NCBI RefSeq assembly: GCF_000372725.1
Contig: NW_005201259.1
Span: 97,015 to 161,014 of the forward strand
Reading direction: 5' to 3'
Length of the DNA: 64,000 nt
DNA from: Emiliania huxleyi CCMP1516
Lineage: Eukaryota
Shown in pieces: positions 35,429 to 47,064 of this stretch. The notes under the pieces are model-generated. The model worked only from the letters and a program-made list of their open reading frames with translations. It was not told where the DNA came from and ran no database searches. A program made the position numbers and the translations under genes. How positions within the stretch are numbered: the stretch's first letter is position 1; each line of letters begins with the position of its first letter.

Positions 35429-36867
35429 TAAACGGCTACCGAAGGAACGGGGTGCCCGGAAGGGCGATATCACGCTGATTTAATCACGGCGGCCTAACTG
35501 TGCCTCCGTGTGCTCGCCACATACCCCCTGCTGCCCGAGGGTCGTGTTAGCACTTTATTGGGTACATACAGAGGCGGTGGGAAGCCACCACGTTCCCTTC
35601 AAAATTTCCGCCACAGAGCTCCGGAGCGCGCTCTGCACGAGCTCCTGGGACGCGGTTTCGTCTTTCCGCGATCCCAGAGACGGGGTCGTCGCACGTCGGC
35701 GCCCCAGTGAGGTCCGCCGTCATAGCTGTAGCACGCTACTAGACGCACTGCCTCCAAGTTGAGCGGTGGAAAATTGTGACCACCCCGAAGCCACTGCACC
35801 GAAGCGCCGGCGTCCCTTTGGCAATCTGCCACCGACAGCAACACGCCTTTGATCACCGGCTGCTTGCGCTCCGCATACTCTCAAGAAGCTGTTGGTTGTG
35901 TGGCTGTGCTACTTCTATCAGCCTTCCTCATGCACAGTGTTGCCGTTGAGCTACGAGGCTGCAACCCGTCGTCATTTGAGTTTGCTGCTGCCAGCCACAC
36001 ACACAGCGCGTCCCTGCTGCACGTGAATGGTTGTGAACAACACCTCGTGGGGGCGGCACCGCAGGCGTCCATTGAGGGGTCCAGGTGATAGCCCTGGGCG
36101 GGCAATCCATACGCCTAGTTGGACTTCAGATCGCCCGATCGCGTCCCGGTGAACTGACGTCGGATTTGTGACGCCGCCGCACCGCGCCGCGGCCGGGGGC
36201 CCTCCGGAGGCTGAGGATGGCCGTGGCGGACCGAGACGAGCTCTGGGAGGTAAAGTGTCAGCGTATATATTGTAGAGGCTGACCATGTGCACAATATCTC
36301 TCACTCTAGCTAAGCCAGGGGAGGCTATTCTGGGCGTCCACACGGCTTGCACCGATGACCCTCGCGACAAAGCGAGCGCGTCCGGCAGAGCGACTGAAGA
36401 ATCGAGGACAGAGTCAAAAATCCCGCTTGTTGTGTCGCTGTTGCGGGAATCCAGGGAATCTAAAGGAATCTAGAATCTGTGGGTCCGAGATTCGATCTGG
36501 GACCTGAGCCGCTCGGGGCCAGCTGCACATGACCCGGGGCCACTGCCATGTCGCAGACGACTGCTGGATCGGCCGGTATCCGCGCTCTTGGCGCGATTAC
36601 GAGACTGACTAGTGTGTCGCACTAGTTGTGATCTGTGATCTGTGAGGGTCCGCCCGCAGGCGCATTTTGTATACCGAGGCGGTGCCCGGTGCCGAACCTG
36701 TCGGACCTTGTACTTTTCGTAACAGTATTCCGCATTCATTGCGCGGGCGGACCACTCCTAGCGTACAGACCGCGGGAGCTGGTGCCGCGGCCAGTGGAGA
36801 CCTGGCCTGCGCTGTGACGCGCGCGCTCATCTTCAACGTGGAGCCAACTGAGGGGTAACTACGTAGC

Positions 36868-37280
36868 ATGTCTAGCAACAACCGTGACAAAGACATGCCG
36901 TCCGTCACCCAATGGGATGGGACATCTGGCCTTCTCTTCAAGGAGTGAAAAAGGGCCATTCTTGACACTGGTGCGGAGCGGACCGACGAATCCGGCTCCA
37001 GCGTCGCGGATGTCTTCACTGGTGCGGACATGGGAGGAACCGCCGTCGGCGCTCCAGCTCTGCCTGCTGGCACTGCGCAGTACGCACAGAAGATGCAAGC
37101 CCTGTACCGCACCCGCCGCAAGCAGGCCTACGCCCTCCTGGTCAAGAACATATCGTGCAAGGACATCAAGTTCCACCTTCGCACGAATTTCTTCCAGCAG
37201 GGGGAGCAGGCGTGGCAGTACCTTTGCTCAATTCGGGACATGGAGCCGCAGCGCTCTGATGTCCGTGCGCACGATGCGGT
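36868..37280 (+). pseudogene. Probable Ty1/copia gag N-terminal remnant
   Basis: MSSNNRDKDMPSVTQWDG...FKE*KRAI...RRKQAYALLVKNI...GEQAWQYL resembles copia gag; in-frame TGA near 36946; no LTR or pol seen. Confidence 0.45.
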
Positions 37281-38103
37281 CGCTTGCTACGTGCGCGCAG
37301 GCGGGAACGGAGCTAACCGCGGAGGCGGGCGACTCTCGCAGCGCCATGCTCTTGGCATCGGCCGTGCGGGCCGCGGCGGGCGACCGCGACCTGCCCGCGC
37401 TCTCTCTAGAGGAGGCGACGGACGCGATGAGGCGGGCGAGGATACGCCTGCCCACCGAAGGGAGGATCGCCCTGCCACAGTTACGCGAGCGACGCCAGCT
37501 TGCGAGATGTTCGAATTGAGCATCGGGACACGCGACCTAGGAGACCCAGTCAGAGGCAAGCGCGGGCGCTGCCCAAGCGGATCGCCAGCAACCAGTGCCG
37601 CCCGCGCCTGGCGCGACCGCCTTCAAGCGCGGGCGGCCCGTGGCTTTGCTCCATCAAACGGGACAAGCGAAGGCAAAACACAAGTTGCACAGACATGCCG
37701 GCGGCGCGACTCCCTCCCGCAGATCGTCCTCAGTGGGGGAGACCGCGACACCTGTGACGGAACGCAGCGGGAGCGTCCCGTCCGTGCGTTCTTTTTGGGC
37801 GGTCGTCGCACTCAGCGAGTCGGTGCAGGCGACGTCGCCGCTTGGCCGCGCCGCCACCGCTGGTCCAGCGGACTCTGCTCGTCGTCCCAAAGAAACGCAA
37901 CCGAAAAAAGAAGAATTGTTTTTTCGTTTACTGCGTTTATCAGAACTCTGGCGAGTAGAGACCACGCCTGCTATTCACAGCACAAGCCCTCGCCGAGGGC
38001 TCGAGCATGCGCAGCGAAAAGCATGCTCCTTTTTCCAGGCGGATACCTCTGCGTTTCGTTTTTTCTCACACCACGTGCCTCTGCACGTCCGTTCTTGAAA
38101 AAG

Positions 38104-38189
38104 TGGGTGGGTGGGTAAACGCTTCGTAGGCCCCGGATGGTGAGTGGGTGGGTGGGTGGGTGGGTGGGTGGGTGGGTGGGTGGGTGGGT
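38104..38189. repeat. (GGGT)n microsatellite
   Basis: Two tracts of gggt units. Confidence 0.9.
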
Positions 38190-38315
38190 CCATTTGTCGT
38201 TTCTCTCTCCGTTCGCGCGCGTCTTCGAGGCACAGCTCTCGTCGTTGCCACAGCATGTCGTTCCTCGCACCGTGCCCACGCGACGGCACCAGCTGACCGA
38301 GATCGCGCTCCCTGA

Positions 38316-39165
38316 CGAGGGCAGGGCGCACTCTTCGACTTTGGCTATTATCTGGCCTCGGGAGGGCGGCGGCGGCGGTGAGGGGCGGCGGCGAGCTCCC
38401 GGTGGCAAATGCTCGCCTCACAGTCCACGATGGCGGCTCGCGCCCCCGGCCGTGCTCTGGCGTGCCTCTCTAGCCCCGCCTGCCACCCAGATACCGAGGG
38501 CGGCGCGCACTCTTCGACTTGGGCTATTATCTGGCCTCGGGAGGGCGGCGGCGGCGGTGTAGGGGCGGCGGCGAGCTCCCGGTGGCAAATGCTCGCCTCA
38601 CAGTCCAAGATGGCGGCTCGCGCCCCCGGCCGTGCTCTGGCGTGCCTCTCTAGTCCCGCCTGCCACCCAGATACCGAGGGCAGGGCGCACTCTTCGACTT
38701 TGGCTATTATCTGGCCTCGGGAGGGCGGCGGCGGCGGTGTAGGGGCGGCGGCGAGCTCCCGGTGGCAAATGCTCGCCTCACAGTCCAAGATGGCGGCTCG
38801 CGCCCCCGGCCGTGCACCAGCATGCCTCTCTAGTCCCGCCTGCCACCCAGATACCGAGGGCAGGGCGCACTCTTCGACTTGGGCTATTATCTGGCCTCGG
38901 GAGGGCGGCGGCGGCGGTGTAGGGGCGGCGGCGAGCTCCCGGTGGCAAATGCTCGCCTCACAGTCCAAGATGGCGGCTCGCGCCCCCGGCCGTGCTCTGG
39001 CGTGCCTCTCTAGCCCCGCCTGCCACCCAGATACCGAGGGCGGCGCGCACTCTTCGACTTCTCTTGGGCTATTATCTGGCCTCGGGAGGGCGGCGGCGGC
39101 GGTGTAGGGGCGGCGGCGAGCTCCCGGTGGCAAGTGCTCGCCTCACAGTCCAAGATGGCGGCTCA
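38316..39165. repeat. 180-bp tandem satellite, about 4.7 copies
   Basis: Unit ...gcgcactcttcgacttgggctattatctggcctcggg...tgccacccagatacc recurs every ~180 bp with few substitutions. Confidence 0.97.
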
Positions 39166-39250
39166 CACGCCCAACCATGCTCTGGTGCGTCGATTGGGTC
39201 GCGTCTGCTGCCCGTGTCTCTGTCTTATCGGCACGACGACAACAAGCTAC

Positions 39251-39614
39251 CCCTAACCCTAACCCTAACCCTAACCCTAACCCTAACCCTAACCGGAAGA
39301 ACTCGGAGCATTCACCGACGGAGCTCGCGTCAACGGACCGCTGGATCCTCCATTCCGACCCGAAGCGGCCCGTTCTTAGGAGCTGCACAACGGCTTGAAC
39401 TCTCTGACCCTACCCCTACCCCTAACCCTAACCCTAACCCTAACCCTAACCCTAACCCTAACCCAAACCCGAAGAACTCGGAGCATTCACCGAGAGCTCG
39501 CGTCAACGGACCGCTGGTTCCTCCATTCCGACCCGAAGCGGCCCGTTCTTAGGAGCTGCACAACGGCTTGAACTCTCTGACCCTAACCCTAACCCTAACC
39601 CTAACCCTAACCCT
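39251..39614. repeat. Interstitial telomeric (CCCTAA)n tracts alternating with a ~110-bp unit
   Basis: Tracts 39251-39294, 39408-39470 and 39581-39614; near-identical units at 39295-39407 and 39471-39580. Confidence 0.97.
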
Positions 39615-39744
39615 CGGCTGTGGGTCAGGCTGTGCTGTATAAGGCGCGCGAGGCTGGGTGCTTTGCTACCTTGCTTGTGTCTCCCGTGGCCGGGACGGTT
39701 GGTTGGGTGGTGGGGGTGGGTCGGTTTGTGTGGGTGGGTTCCTC

Positions 39745-39885
39745 GCCTCATCAGCCGGGCCGTGAGGTGGGTGGTGCTGGGGGTGGGTGGGTGGTTCCAA
39801 GCCTCAGCCGGGCCGTGAGGTGGGTGGGGTGGGTGGGTGGTTCTAAGCCTCAGCCGGGCCATGAGGTCGGTGGGTGGGTGGGTGG
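39745..39885. repeat. Three copies of a CCTCA-GCCGGGCCR-TGAGG hairpin with GGGT tails
   Basis: gcctcagccgggccgtgaggtgggtgg repeated three times with small variations. Confidence 0.8.
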
Positions 39886-39998
39886 CTCAAGAAGCTCGTG
39901 CACGTGAACGGAGGTGCAGAGGCACGTGGAATGAGAAAAAACGCAACCCGGGGTGAAAAAGTGAGCTCGCCTTGGGGCCCGCGTGTTTGTTCTTCGGC

Positions 39999-42225
39999 AT
40001 GTCTCTGTACGGCCGCGAGGCGATGGCCTTCTTTGACAAGCTCAAGGAGGCGGATGCGGGCAACGGGAAGTGCGTTGACTGTGGCGCCAACTCGCCTCTG
40101 TGGGCGTCGCTCTCGTATGGGACGTACTTCTGCCTCGAGTGCTCTGGCGTCCACCGCAACCTGGGAGTGCACATCTCCTTTGTGCGCTCCCTAAACATGG
40201 ACTCGTGGTCCGAGCAGCAGCAGCAGCGCATGACGTGCGGAGGCAACACCGCGTTCCGGCAGTACCTTCGCCAGTGCGGCATGCCCGAGGAGCTGCAGTC
40301 TGGCGGAGGCCAGTTCGCCGGCTGCGAGTCGCAGGCGGAGGGCGCCATCCGACAGAAGTACAACACGCGTTCCGCCGCGGCGTACAGGGCATGGCTCGCC
40401 GAGCGCTCGCGTGGCGAGGGCGGCGCTCCGGCGCCGCCAAGCGTCCCGTGCGCGCGCGAGAGCGGCGCCTCACGGTCCAAGTGGCACGGCCTGAGAGCTT
40501 GCGGCATGCCGCGCGTAGGTACGAGCCGCCGCCGCCGCCGCCGCCGCCGACCGGTTGCAACGGCGGCGCGGGCGGCGGCGCCGCAGGGGCTGGGGTCCGA
40601 GGCGCGAGCGGCTGCGGCTCCTCCTCTGCTGGCCGCATTATGCAAGGGTTTGGCTCGGCCTCCGCCCGCTCGCGCGCGCTGCCGCGGCCCTCTCTTCCCT
40701 GCACGAGGTGTCGGCGCGCTGCGAGTAGGCGCCCGCTGGGAACGACGGGGAGGAGGGGCTGGAGGCGCTCATGGCGTCGTTGGGCTCGGGGCTGGTGCAG
40801 CTGCCCCAGTCACGCCCCTCCTCGCCACAGCCTTGCCCGCCGACCGCATGCACGCCGCCCCGCCTCGCCACAGGGCACGGCCCGCTCTGCCCTCGCGAGC
40901 GCGAAGATCGGCGCCCCGACGCTGCTCGGTCCGCAGCTCGTAGACGGCCGGCGTGCCGACGGGTGGCTTCTCGCTGCGAGCCTGTAGGCGAGCGACTTGG
41001 CTCCGCCGTCGAGGCTGTCAAGGCGTCGGAGACGCGCGGAGGCGTAGATGTCACCACCCTTGCCCGACATCCAGCAGCTCGTCGTCACGTGACTGCCGTC
41101 GAGGCGGCGGGCGCCGTGCCACGCCCTCACGGCCTCTCGCCCGCCTGCCTTCCTCACGCAGGCTCGGCGGCGTGGCAGAGCGCGCGGCCCGCGCGGCGGT
41201 TGCCGCAAGGTCAAAGCTGGCAGAGGAGGTAGCTCGGCGGCGGGAGGGCGGGCCCGCCCCGGAGCCGGGTGGGCGACGCGCGGCCGGGGGCGCGGCTTCT
41301 GCGCGCGCGCTCTCGAGCCCCGACCGCGGTGCCGAGTAGGCGGCGAGGCGGGGATCGGCGCAGTCGGCGCCGCGGTGGCGGGTTCGGTCCTCTCTGCAGG
41401 GATGGGCTTGTGGGGCCGAGCGGTGGCCGCCGTTGACGACGCCGTCACTTTCGACGCGGCGTCCGACTTGGCACACCTGGCCTCCACCCGCGTGGCCGGC
41501 CCCGGCGGCATTGGCTGTGATGGGGGCGGGGCGGGGTGGTTGGGCGGGGTGGCGCCTCCGCGGCGCCCTCAAGCTGGGCCCCGCGGCTTTGGCGGCTGGG
41601 GGGGAGGAAGGGGGGGGGAAGGGAAGGAAGCAAAGGGGTCAAAAAAAAGGGGAATTGCCGGGGGNNNNNNNNNNNNNNNNNNNNNNNNNNNNNNNNNNNN
41701 NNNNNNNNNNNNNNNNNNNNNNNNNNNNNNNNNNNNNNNNNNNNNNNNNNNNNNNNNNNNNNNNGGGGGGGGGGGGGAGGGGAGGAGGAGAGGGGTGAAA
41801 GAGAGGGGAGTGCGGGGGCCCGGGCGGCGGCGGCGGCGGAGGAGGAGGAGGAGGAGGGGTGGCGGGACTCAGGGTGGGACGACGGGTGGGGCGACGAGCC
41901 TCGTGTCGCCGCCGAGGCGCCCCCCGCGGTGAGGAGCTCCGCAGCGGCCGAGAGAGGAGGCTCGTCGGCTCTTGCCGTCGCGGCGGAGGAGGCTCATGCC
42001 GCCAGCTGGGGCGCGGACTCTGGCTGGGGCGACGACGATTGGGGGCCGGACTCGCCCCGCCCCGCCTCGTCCACCCCAGCGCCGTCGGAGCAGACAGCGG
42101 AGCCGCTCCCACCCAGCGCGCCGGATGTGGCGGAGCAAGGAGAGATCGACGACGCGGCGCCGCGCAGCGCGGCCACGCGGCGTTGCGAAGGCTGGTTCGG
42201 GGTCGATTCACAGAGACGGCCGTGA
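39999..42225 (+). CDS. ArfGAP (ArfGAP1/Gcs1-like); multi-exon, spans a gap, 3' end tentative
   Basis: CVDCGANSPLWASLSYGTYFCLECSGVHRNLGVHISFVRSLNMDSW...GGN...KYNT; distal acidic Trp motifs GWDDGWGDE and GWGDDDW. Confidence 0.85.
41665..41763. other. Assembly gap
   Basis: N run. Confidence 1.
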
Positions 42226-43239
42226 ATAGGATCTCGAGGCGGAGCTTGAGGCCGCTCTTGGCCCCAGCGCGGCGTCGCCGCCCGCTGCGCTTGCTGCCCC
42301 CGCCGCACCCAAGCCAGACACTTCTTGGGCAGACAGCGATTGGTAGCGCCGGGAATAGTGTTGGGCGAGGGTGCAGTTGCACAGGCTGGAACGTGGGGGG
42401 TGGGGGGTGGGGGTGGGCGGGGGGAGGGGGCCGCCGGGAGAGAACGCCGGTGACTACCGCATACCGGAGGGCGGGCTCGCGGGCAAATGGTGCCGGGTCC
42501 CGGCTGTGCCGACAGGGGGGCGCGCTGGTGTGGTTGTGCGCGCGCCCGGGCGGTACGGTCGGACGAAGCCTTTTGTACCACAGCCTGTCGCACAGCCTCT
42601 AAGCGACGATTCGTTTTTTGTTTTTCAGTTTGCGTAGAACCGTAAGAGAGACCACAGACCGCGCTGGCAGGTGCCATTTCACTCTGACATCAGTCATCAC
42701 GCTAATCTTGAAAACGCCTCCAACGGAGCTCCGTGTTGCTTCCAGCGCCCTCCCCCGCGCTCCCTGCGGCCATGGCCGATACTACTAGTATGAGCGGTCA
42801 TCTGGCTACCGCGAGAGCGACCCAACTCGTCGACACCGTCCGATGATGGTGCCGCAAAGTCAGCCTTCGGAGGCTATCGCGGGGTCGAGCCGGCAGTACC
42901 AGTAGCCGTGACATGTGGTTCCACCACCCCTCGTAGGCTTTGCCTCTGACCGCCACCGTTCCCAGGCTACCTAATGGGATGGAAAGGAAGGCTCGGCGAG
43001 CGTATAGAAGCGTGCTCGACCTCGTCGTGGCAACCTGCAAGGCAGCGCTGGCGGGCGAGATGAGCGTCATGCCACCTGACCCGAGACGGGTCGCAGGCGT
43101 CGTACCGAGCGCGTCGAAACCGTGTCCTGATGTGATCTGCACGGGTGAGTCACGTCGGCGTCAAAGGAGCGACGTGCGACCTGTCAGAGCTTGATCTCCG
43201 ATCTCAGCGGCGTCGATTCGTCTCCGGCGGCGACAATTC

Positions 43240-43370
43240 GGTACCTCCCCAGGACGCGCAGAGGCAGCTGCGACCCCGCCAAGTGGACGGGGGCACTCCG
43301 CGCCACCTGCCGAGTGCCCCCGTCCACTCGGCGGGGTCGTAGCTGCCTCTGGAAGGCACCGAGAGGTACC
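43240..43370. repeat. Long hairpin (40-bp core stem, 13-nt loop)
   Basis: 43259-43298 pairs with 43312-43351 (2 imperfect pairs); outer ggtacctc / gaggtacc. Confidence 0.92.
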
Positions 43371-43679
43371 AAATGGCGCAAATGGTCATAATCAAAGTTT
43401 TGTAACGCGAGCTGTGCCACAGTGAAATGGCACTAGCCGCTGTGGCCCGTGCGCGGTGCGGACTAGGTCCAGCCCAGGGAGCAGGGTGGCACAGATCTGA
43501 CGTTTATCTGAAAGTATAGAGATGAGAGTGAGGTAGAACCGGACCCGGTCAAAGTCGGCGGTTTTCGGGGGGGGGGGTATGACGAAAAACGGCGGGCGCA
43601 TTTGGGCACTGACATCCGTGAGATCCGTGTTTTGCGGTACACCTCTCCGCTCGCCACCTCACGCTCCGCCGTCCGGCCA

Positions 43680-43722
43680 TGGATGGTTCGATGGAGCTCG
43701 GCGAGCTCCATCGAACCATCCA
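43680..43722. repeat. Perfect 20-bp hairpin with a 3-nt loop
   Basis: tggatggttcgatggagctc-ggc-gagctccatcgaaccatcca. Confidence 0.95.
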
Positions 43723-44723
43723 ACTCCGGTCACCGGTACTGAACGCGCTCAGCCTCAGAAGGTACCAAACCGCGCGAATTCTGCACGCCTCGCTGCACCG
43801 CTGGCTTGACTGAATCAGGCAGCAGCAGGCTGCTGCTGCTGCCACAGCAGCAGTCTGCTGCGGCCCCAATACGCAAGTTAATGACCAGCATTGCTGCCGG
43901 GGGCATTCGAGCCGCCACAGCCGGTGTGCGGCTGTGCACTGCCACCTGCCCGCGGCTACGCACAATGTGCGCTCGCATGTCGCATTGGATGAGCCCTGCT
44001 GATGGACCTGCGTCGCCTAGCTGCACGAGAGCAATGCTGTAGGCGGCGGCCGTAGCATACACTGCGAGCACACTCGGTGCAGCTGCGAGGTGCAGCAAGA
44101 GCACGTCGTTCCTGCCTCTGATGCCACTCTCGCGGCTTGTGTAGCGCGTCACTCGCGCATGCTCTCCAGGAGCTATGGCGGGCGCGTGTGTGGGGCTGTA
44201 GCCTGTGTTTGGCCGGTTCTGACCCGTTTACTATCAGTATCATGCCTGGGCCACAAGCACACGGGGAGCGGCTCAGGGGCCCAGTAAGCCGCGGAATCGC
44301 CAAATGTCGGCAAAAACAACCCGTGGCCGCGCCCGGACGTGTCTGGTGTCTCGTGTGCGCCTGCGCGCCACCCAGGGCGCTGCTGGACTGTGGCCGGTGC
44401 AAGTATCTCGCAGCCCGCGTGTCGGCACCGAGTTGAGAGATCATAGAGCGTTCCTGTGGAGCGAGAACATGTGTGAAAGTGTTCAGTAAAAACCAAACCG
44501 TATAAAAAGCTAAAACTCTGCAGAGCAGCAGCAGGTGCACCACCTACAAGTCACAATGGGGGAGGGAAACGGACGGGCGGGCGCACTCTCATGTCTCGGG
44601 CACAGAGAGCTCATACACAGTAGAGCCAACCACGCACAGCTGCGGCCGCTCGCCTGCCCCGACTGGCCTCAGCACCGACTGGCCTCAGCACGTCTCACTC
44701 AGCTTCGCGCCTCCCTTCGGCAC

Positions 44724-45924
44724 TCAGAACGTCCCGAAGGGCAGCGCGAAGCCAGGGCCGGTCAGAGCAGGCGCATTCGCGAGGAGGGGGACGGAGCCGG
44801 GCACGGCGGTCGCCGCACAGACGGAGGCGATGCCAATCATGGCGAGGCTGTTGAGGCACGGATGATGGGAGGGTGGGAGGGGTCAGGGTGGTGTGAGGGA
44901 GGACGGCGGGCGGGGGGGGAGGGGGGGGGGTCGGGTGTGAGGGAGGACGGCGGGGGGGGGGGGGGGGGTCCCGCGCCCACCGGCCATTTTTTAGGTTGGA
45001 AAAGAGCTTCTCCCCCTTTTGGGCCTCAATCAGCTTTTTGGGGAAGCCCGGGGGGTCCCAAAAGTTTTTGAGAAACTTGGGGTTCCCCGGGGGGCCCCCC
45101 TTTGTGTAGGGGCCGGCCGGATCGAGGCACTCGGACCCGTGCTCGAGTCCGGGGATGGTCCAAAAGATTTTCCATTGGCCCAACAGCGGGATCCTGTTCC
45201 ACGCCTGACGCACCGGGCGACGGGCGACGGTGGGAGGGGCCGCGGCCAAGATGGCGGGACTGTGCGGCGGCGGCGGAGCCGTGGCGGAAGTGGCGGCGGC
45301 GGCGGCGGAGGCGGCGGCGGCGGCGGAGGCGGGGGGGGAAGAGGAGGGTGGGGGGGGGGGTGGGGGGGGGGGTCGGCGAGTGGAGGCATCCTCGGCGGTG
45401 ACGGGCTCGGCGGCGGAGGTGAGGGCGGCGGGGGCGCGCCTCGAAGGGGCCGACGGCAGACAGCTGCTCAAATGTGACGCCGGCGGTGGGCGAGAGGTAG
45501 CCGGGGAAGTGAATGTGGTTGATGTGAAAGAGAAAGCCCACCATCGCCGCCTGCGCGGGGCGTTACGACCGCTCTGCTCGGCGACCCGCAGCCAGTGTCC
45601 TCATGGCGAGCGAGAGTGCGCACCATCGCCACGCGGCCGTGCTTGATCTCTGCGTGCCTGAAGAAGGCGAGCGTCTCGTCGCCGCCCAGCGTCGCGAAGC
45701 CGACCGGGTCAAACACCTTGTTGCCCGTCTCGGGCCCCACGCCCTCCCTATTTGATGAGGAGATGCAGAGTGCAGCGGAGAAAGGCGCAGCCTGGCGCTC
45801 GCGCTGGCACTCGCGCTCACATGGTCTCAACGCCCATGCGCGGGGCGAGGCCGCTGCGGACGACGCCACGCATCGCCGAGACCGGCGCGGAGAGGGCAAA
45901 GGACGACTGCGGCAGCGACAGCAT
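44724..45924 (-). CDS. Light-harvesting fucoxanthin-chlorophyll a/c binding protein (Lhcq/Lhcf-like), 5 exons
   Basis: VFDPVGF, FRHAEIKHGRVAM/AAMVG, HFPGYLS, LKNGR/LAMIGIAS, VPGSVP; plastid-type presequence. Sequence in 44900-45400 looks error-prone. Confidence 0.93.
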
Positions 45925-46190
45925 CTCTCGGCGACCGAGCTCTTCCAGGGAAGCGTCTGTGATCTGCGAGCGACAAATTGCTCGCGGGATCTCGCCCATT
46001 TCTTCTTTTTTGGGACACCCAGGCATTGCGCTGGCGCGCGCGCGCCGGCCGCGGCGGCCCGGCTCATCCTTTTCTCTCTTCAAATAAAAAGATTTTTCTC
46101 GGCCACAGAGGTGCACAGCAGGCTGGACTGCCCAGCCCTCTCCGCGCGGCGATGCGCCCTCCCCCCTCGCTTTTGCAAAATCCTGCAAAG

Positions 46191-46256
46191 GTGGGGACGT
46201 GTCTGTCCTCGACCCAGCCCTAGCTTGGGATGTCCGTTGTATTTATTTATTTATTA
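46191..46256 (+). mobile_element. Related retroposon-like 3' end with (TTTA)n tail
   Basis: ggggac...tgtccgttgtatttatttatttatt, same terminal layout as 23080-23141. Confidence 0.45.
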
Positions 46257-46740
46257 GGCTGGACTGCCACGTTGGCTCGATTGGACTCGCATGAGTGTCA
46301 ATCCCATGCTTGATCCCATGTTCGACGAGACGGCCGTCTCTTCTTGCTCGTTGATTCACAATCACGGGCGCAAGAAGCTCAAGAGCTGCCCGCACGGGTG
46401 CTGCCCGTCGCCGGCGGGGGCGCCGGCGTCGGAGAACGAGCAGCTGCAGTCGCCTGAGCAGCCACCGTCGAGCAAGGCCGCATCCCCAAGCCCGCAACGC
46501 GTTCTGCGACCGCTCAACCTCACCGCGAGCTTCACGCCGCCGGCTGCGACTGGCGCCATATCTGTGGCGCCTCTGCCGACGGCGCCTTCTCCTCCGCCGC
46601 CGCCGCCGTCGGCAGGCGGCGACGTGCGCTCGACGCTCGTACTCCTTCGTGATGAGGGCTTTGGGAGCACGCAAATACAAAAAATAGGAATCCTCCGTAC
46701 TCGAGTACTCCGATGCAAGTGCTCCAAGTGCTCCAGCTGC

Positions 46741-46828
46741 GAATAGGACCGCCGCAAGCGGCGTGGCGTGAGGCGGTTGTGCATCCCTCCGGGGGCCCCT
46801 CTGCGCCGGGGAGGCGTTGTTGGAGGCT
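46741..46828. repeat. ~195-bp dispersed repeat, partial copy 4
   Basis: gaataggaccgccgcaagcggcgtggcgtg...tggaggct. Confidence 0.85.
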
Positions 46829-46889
46829 GGGAAAGAAAACGAAATCCCGCGTTTGAGAACCCAAACGTGCTTTTTGTTGGGTTGGCGCT

Positions 46890-47064
46890 GAGGGAGGGTG
46901 TAGAGGATGTAGAGTGTAGAGCGCTGTAGAGCTGTAGAGATGTAGAGCGCTCTGGAGCGCTGTAGAGCTGTAGAGCTCTACATCCGCCGCGGGACGAAGC
47001 GCCTCCGTTGTAGAGCGATGTAGAGCGCGATTTTGCTGTAGAGTTTGTTGTAGAGGCTCTACAG
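46890..47064. repeat. TGTAGAG motif cluster
   Basis: 12 direct TGTAGAG and 2 inverted CTCTACA in about 175 bp. Confidence 0.9.

Noticed and set aside
38348..39133. ORFs with 60-aa repeats on both strands
   Set aside because: A by-product of the 180-bp satellite; no recognisable domain.
39251..39614. A true chromosome end
   Set aside because: Short, interrupted tracts with genes on both sides.
44900..45400. Unusual residues in the LHC third-helix region
   Set aside because: Homopolymer-rich, error-like sequence; probably low read quality.
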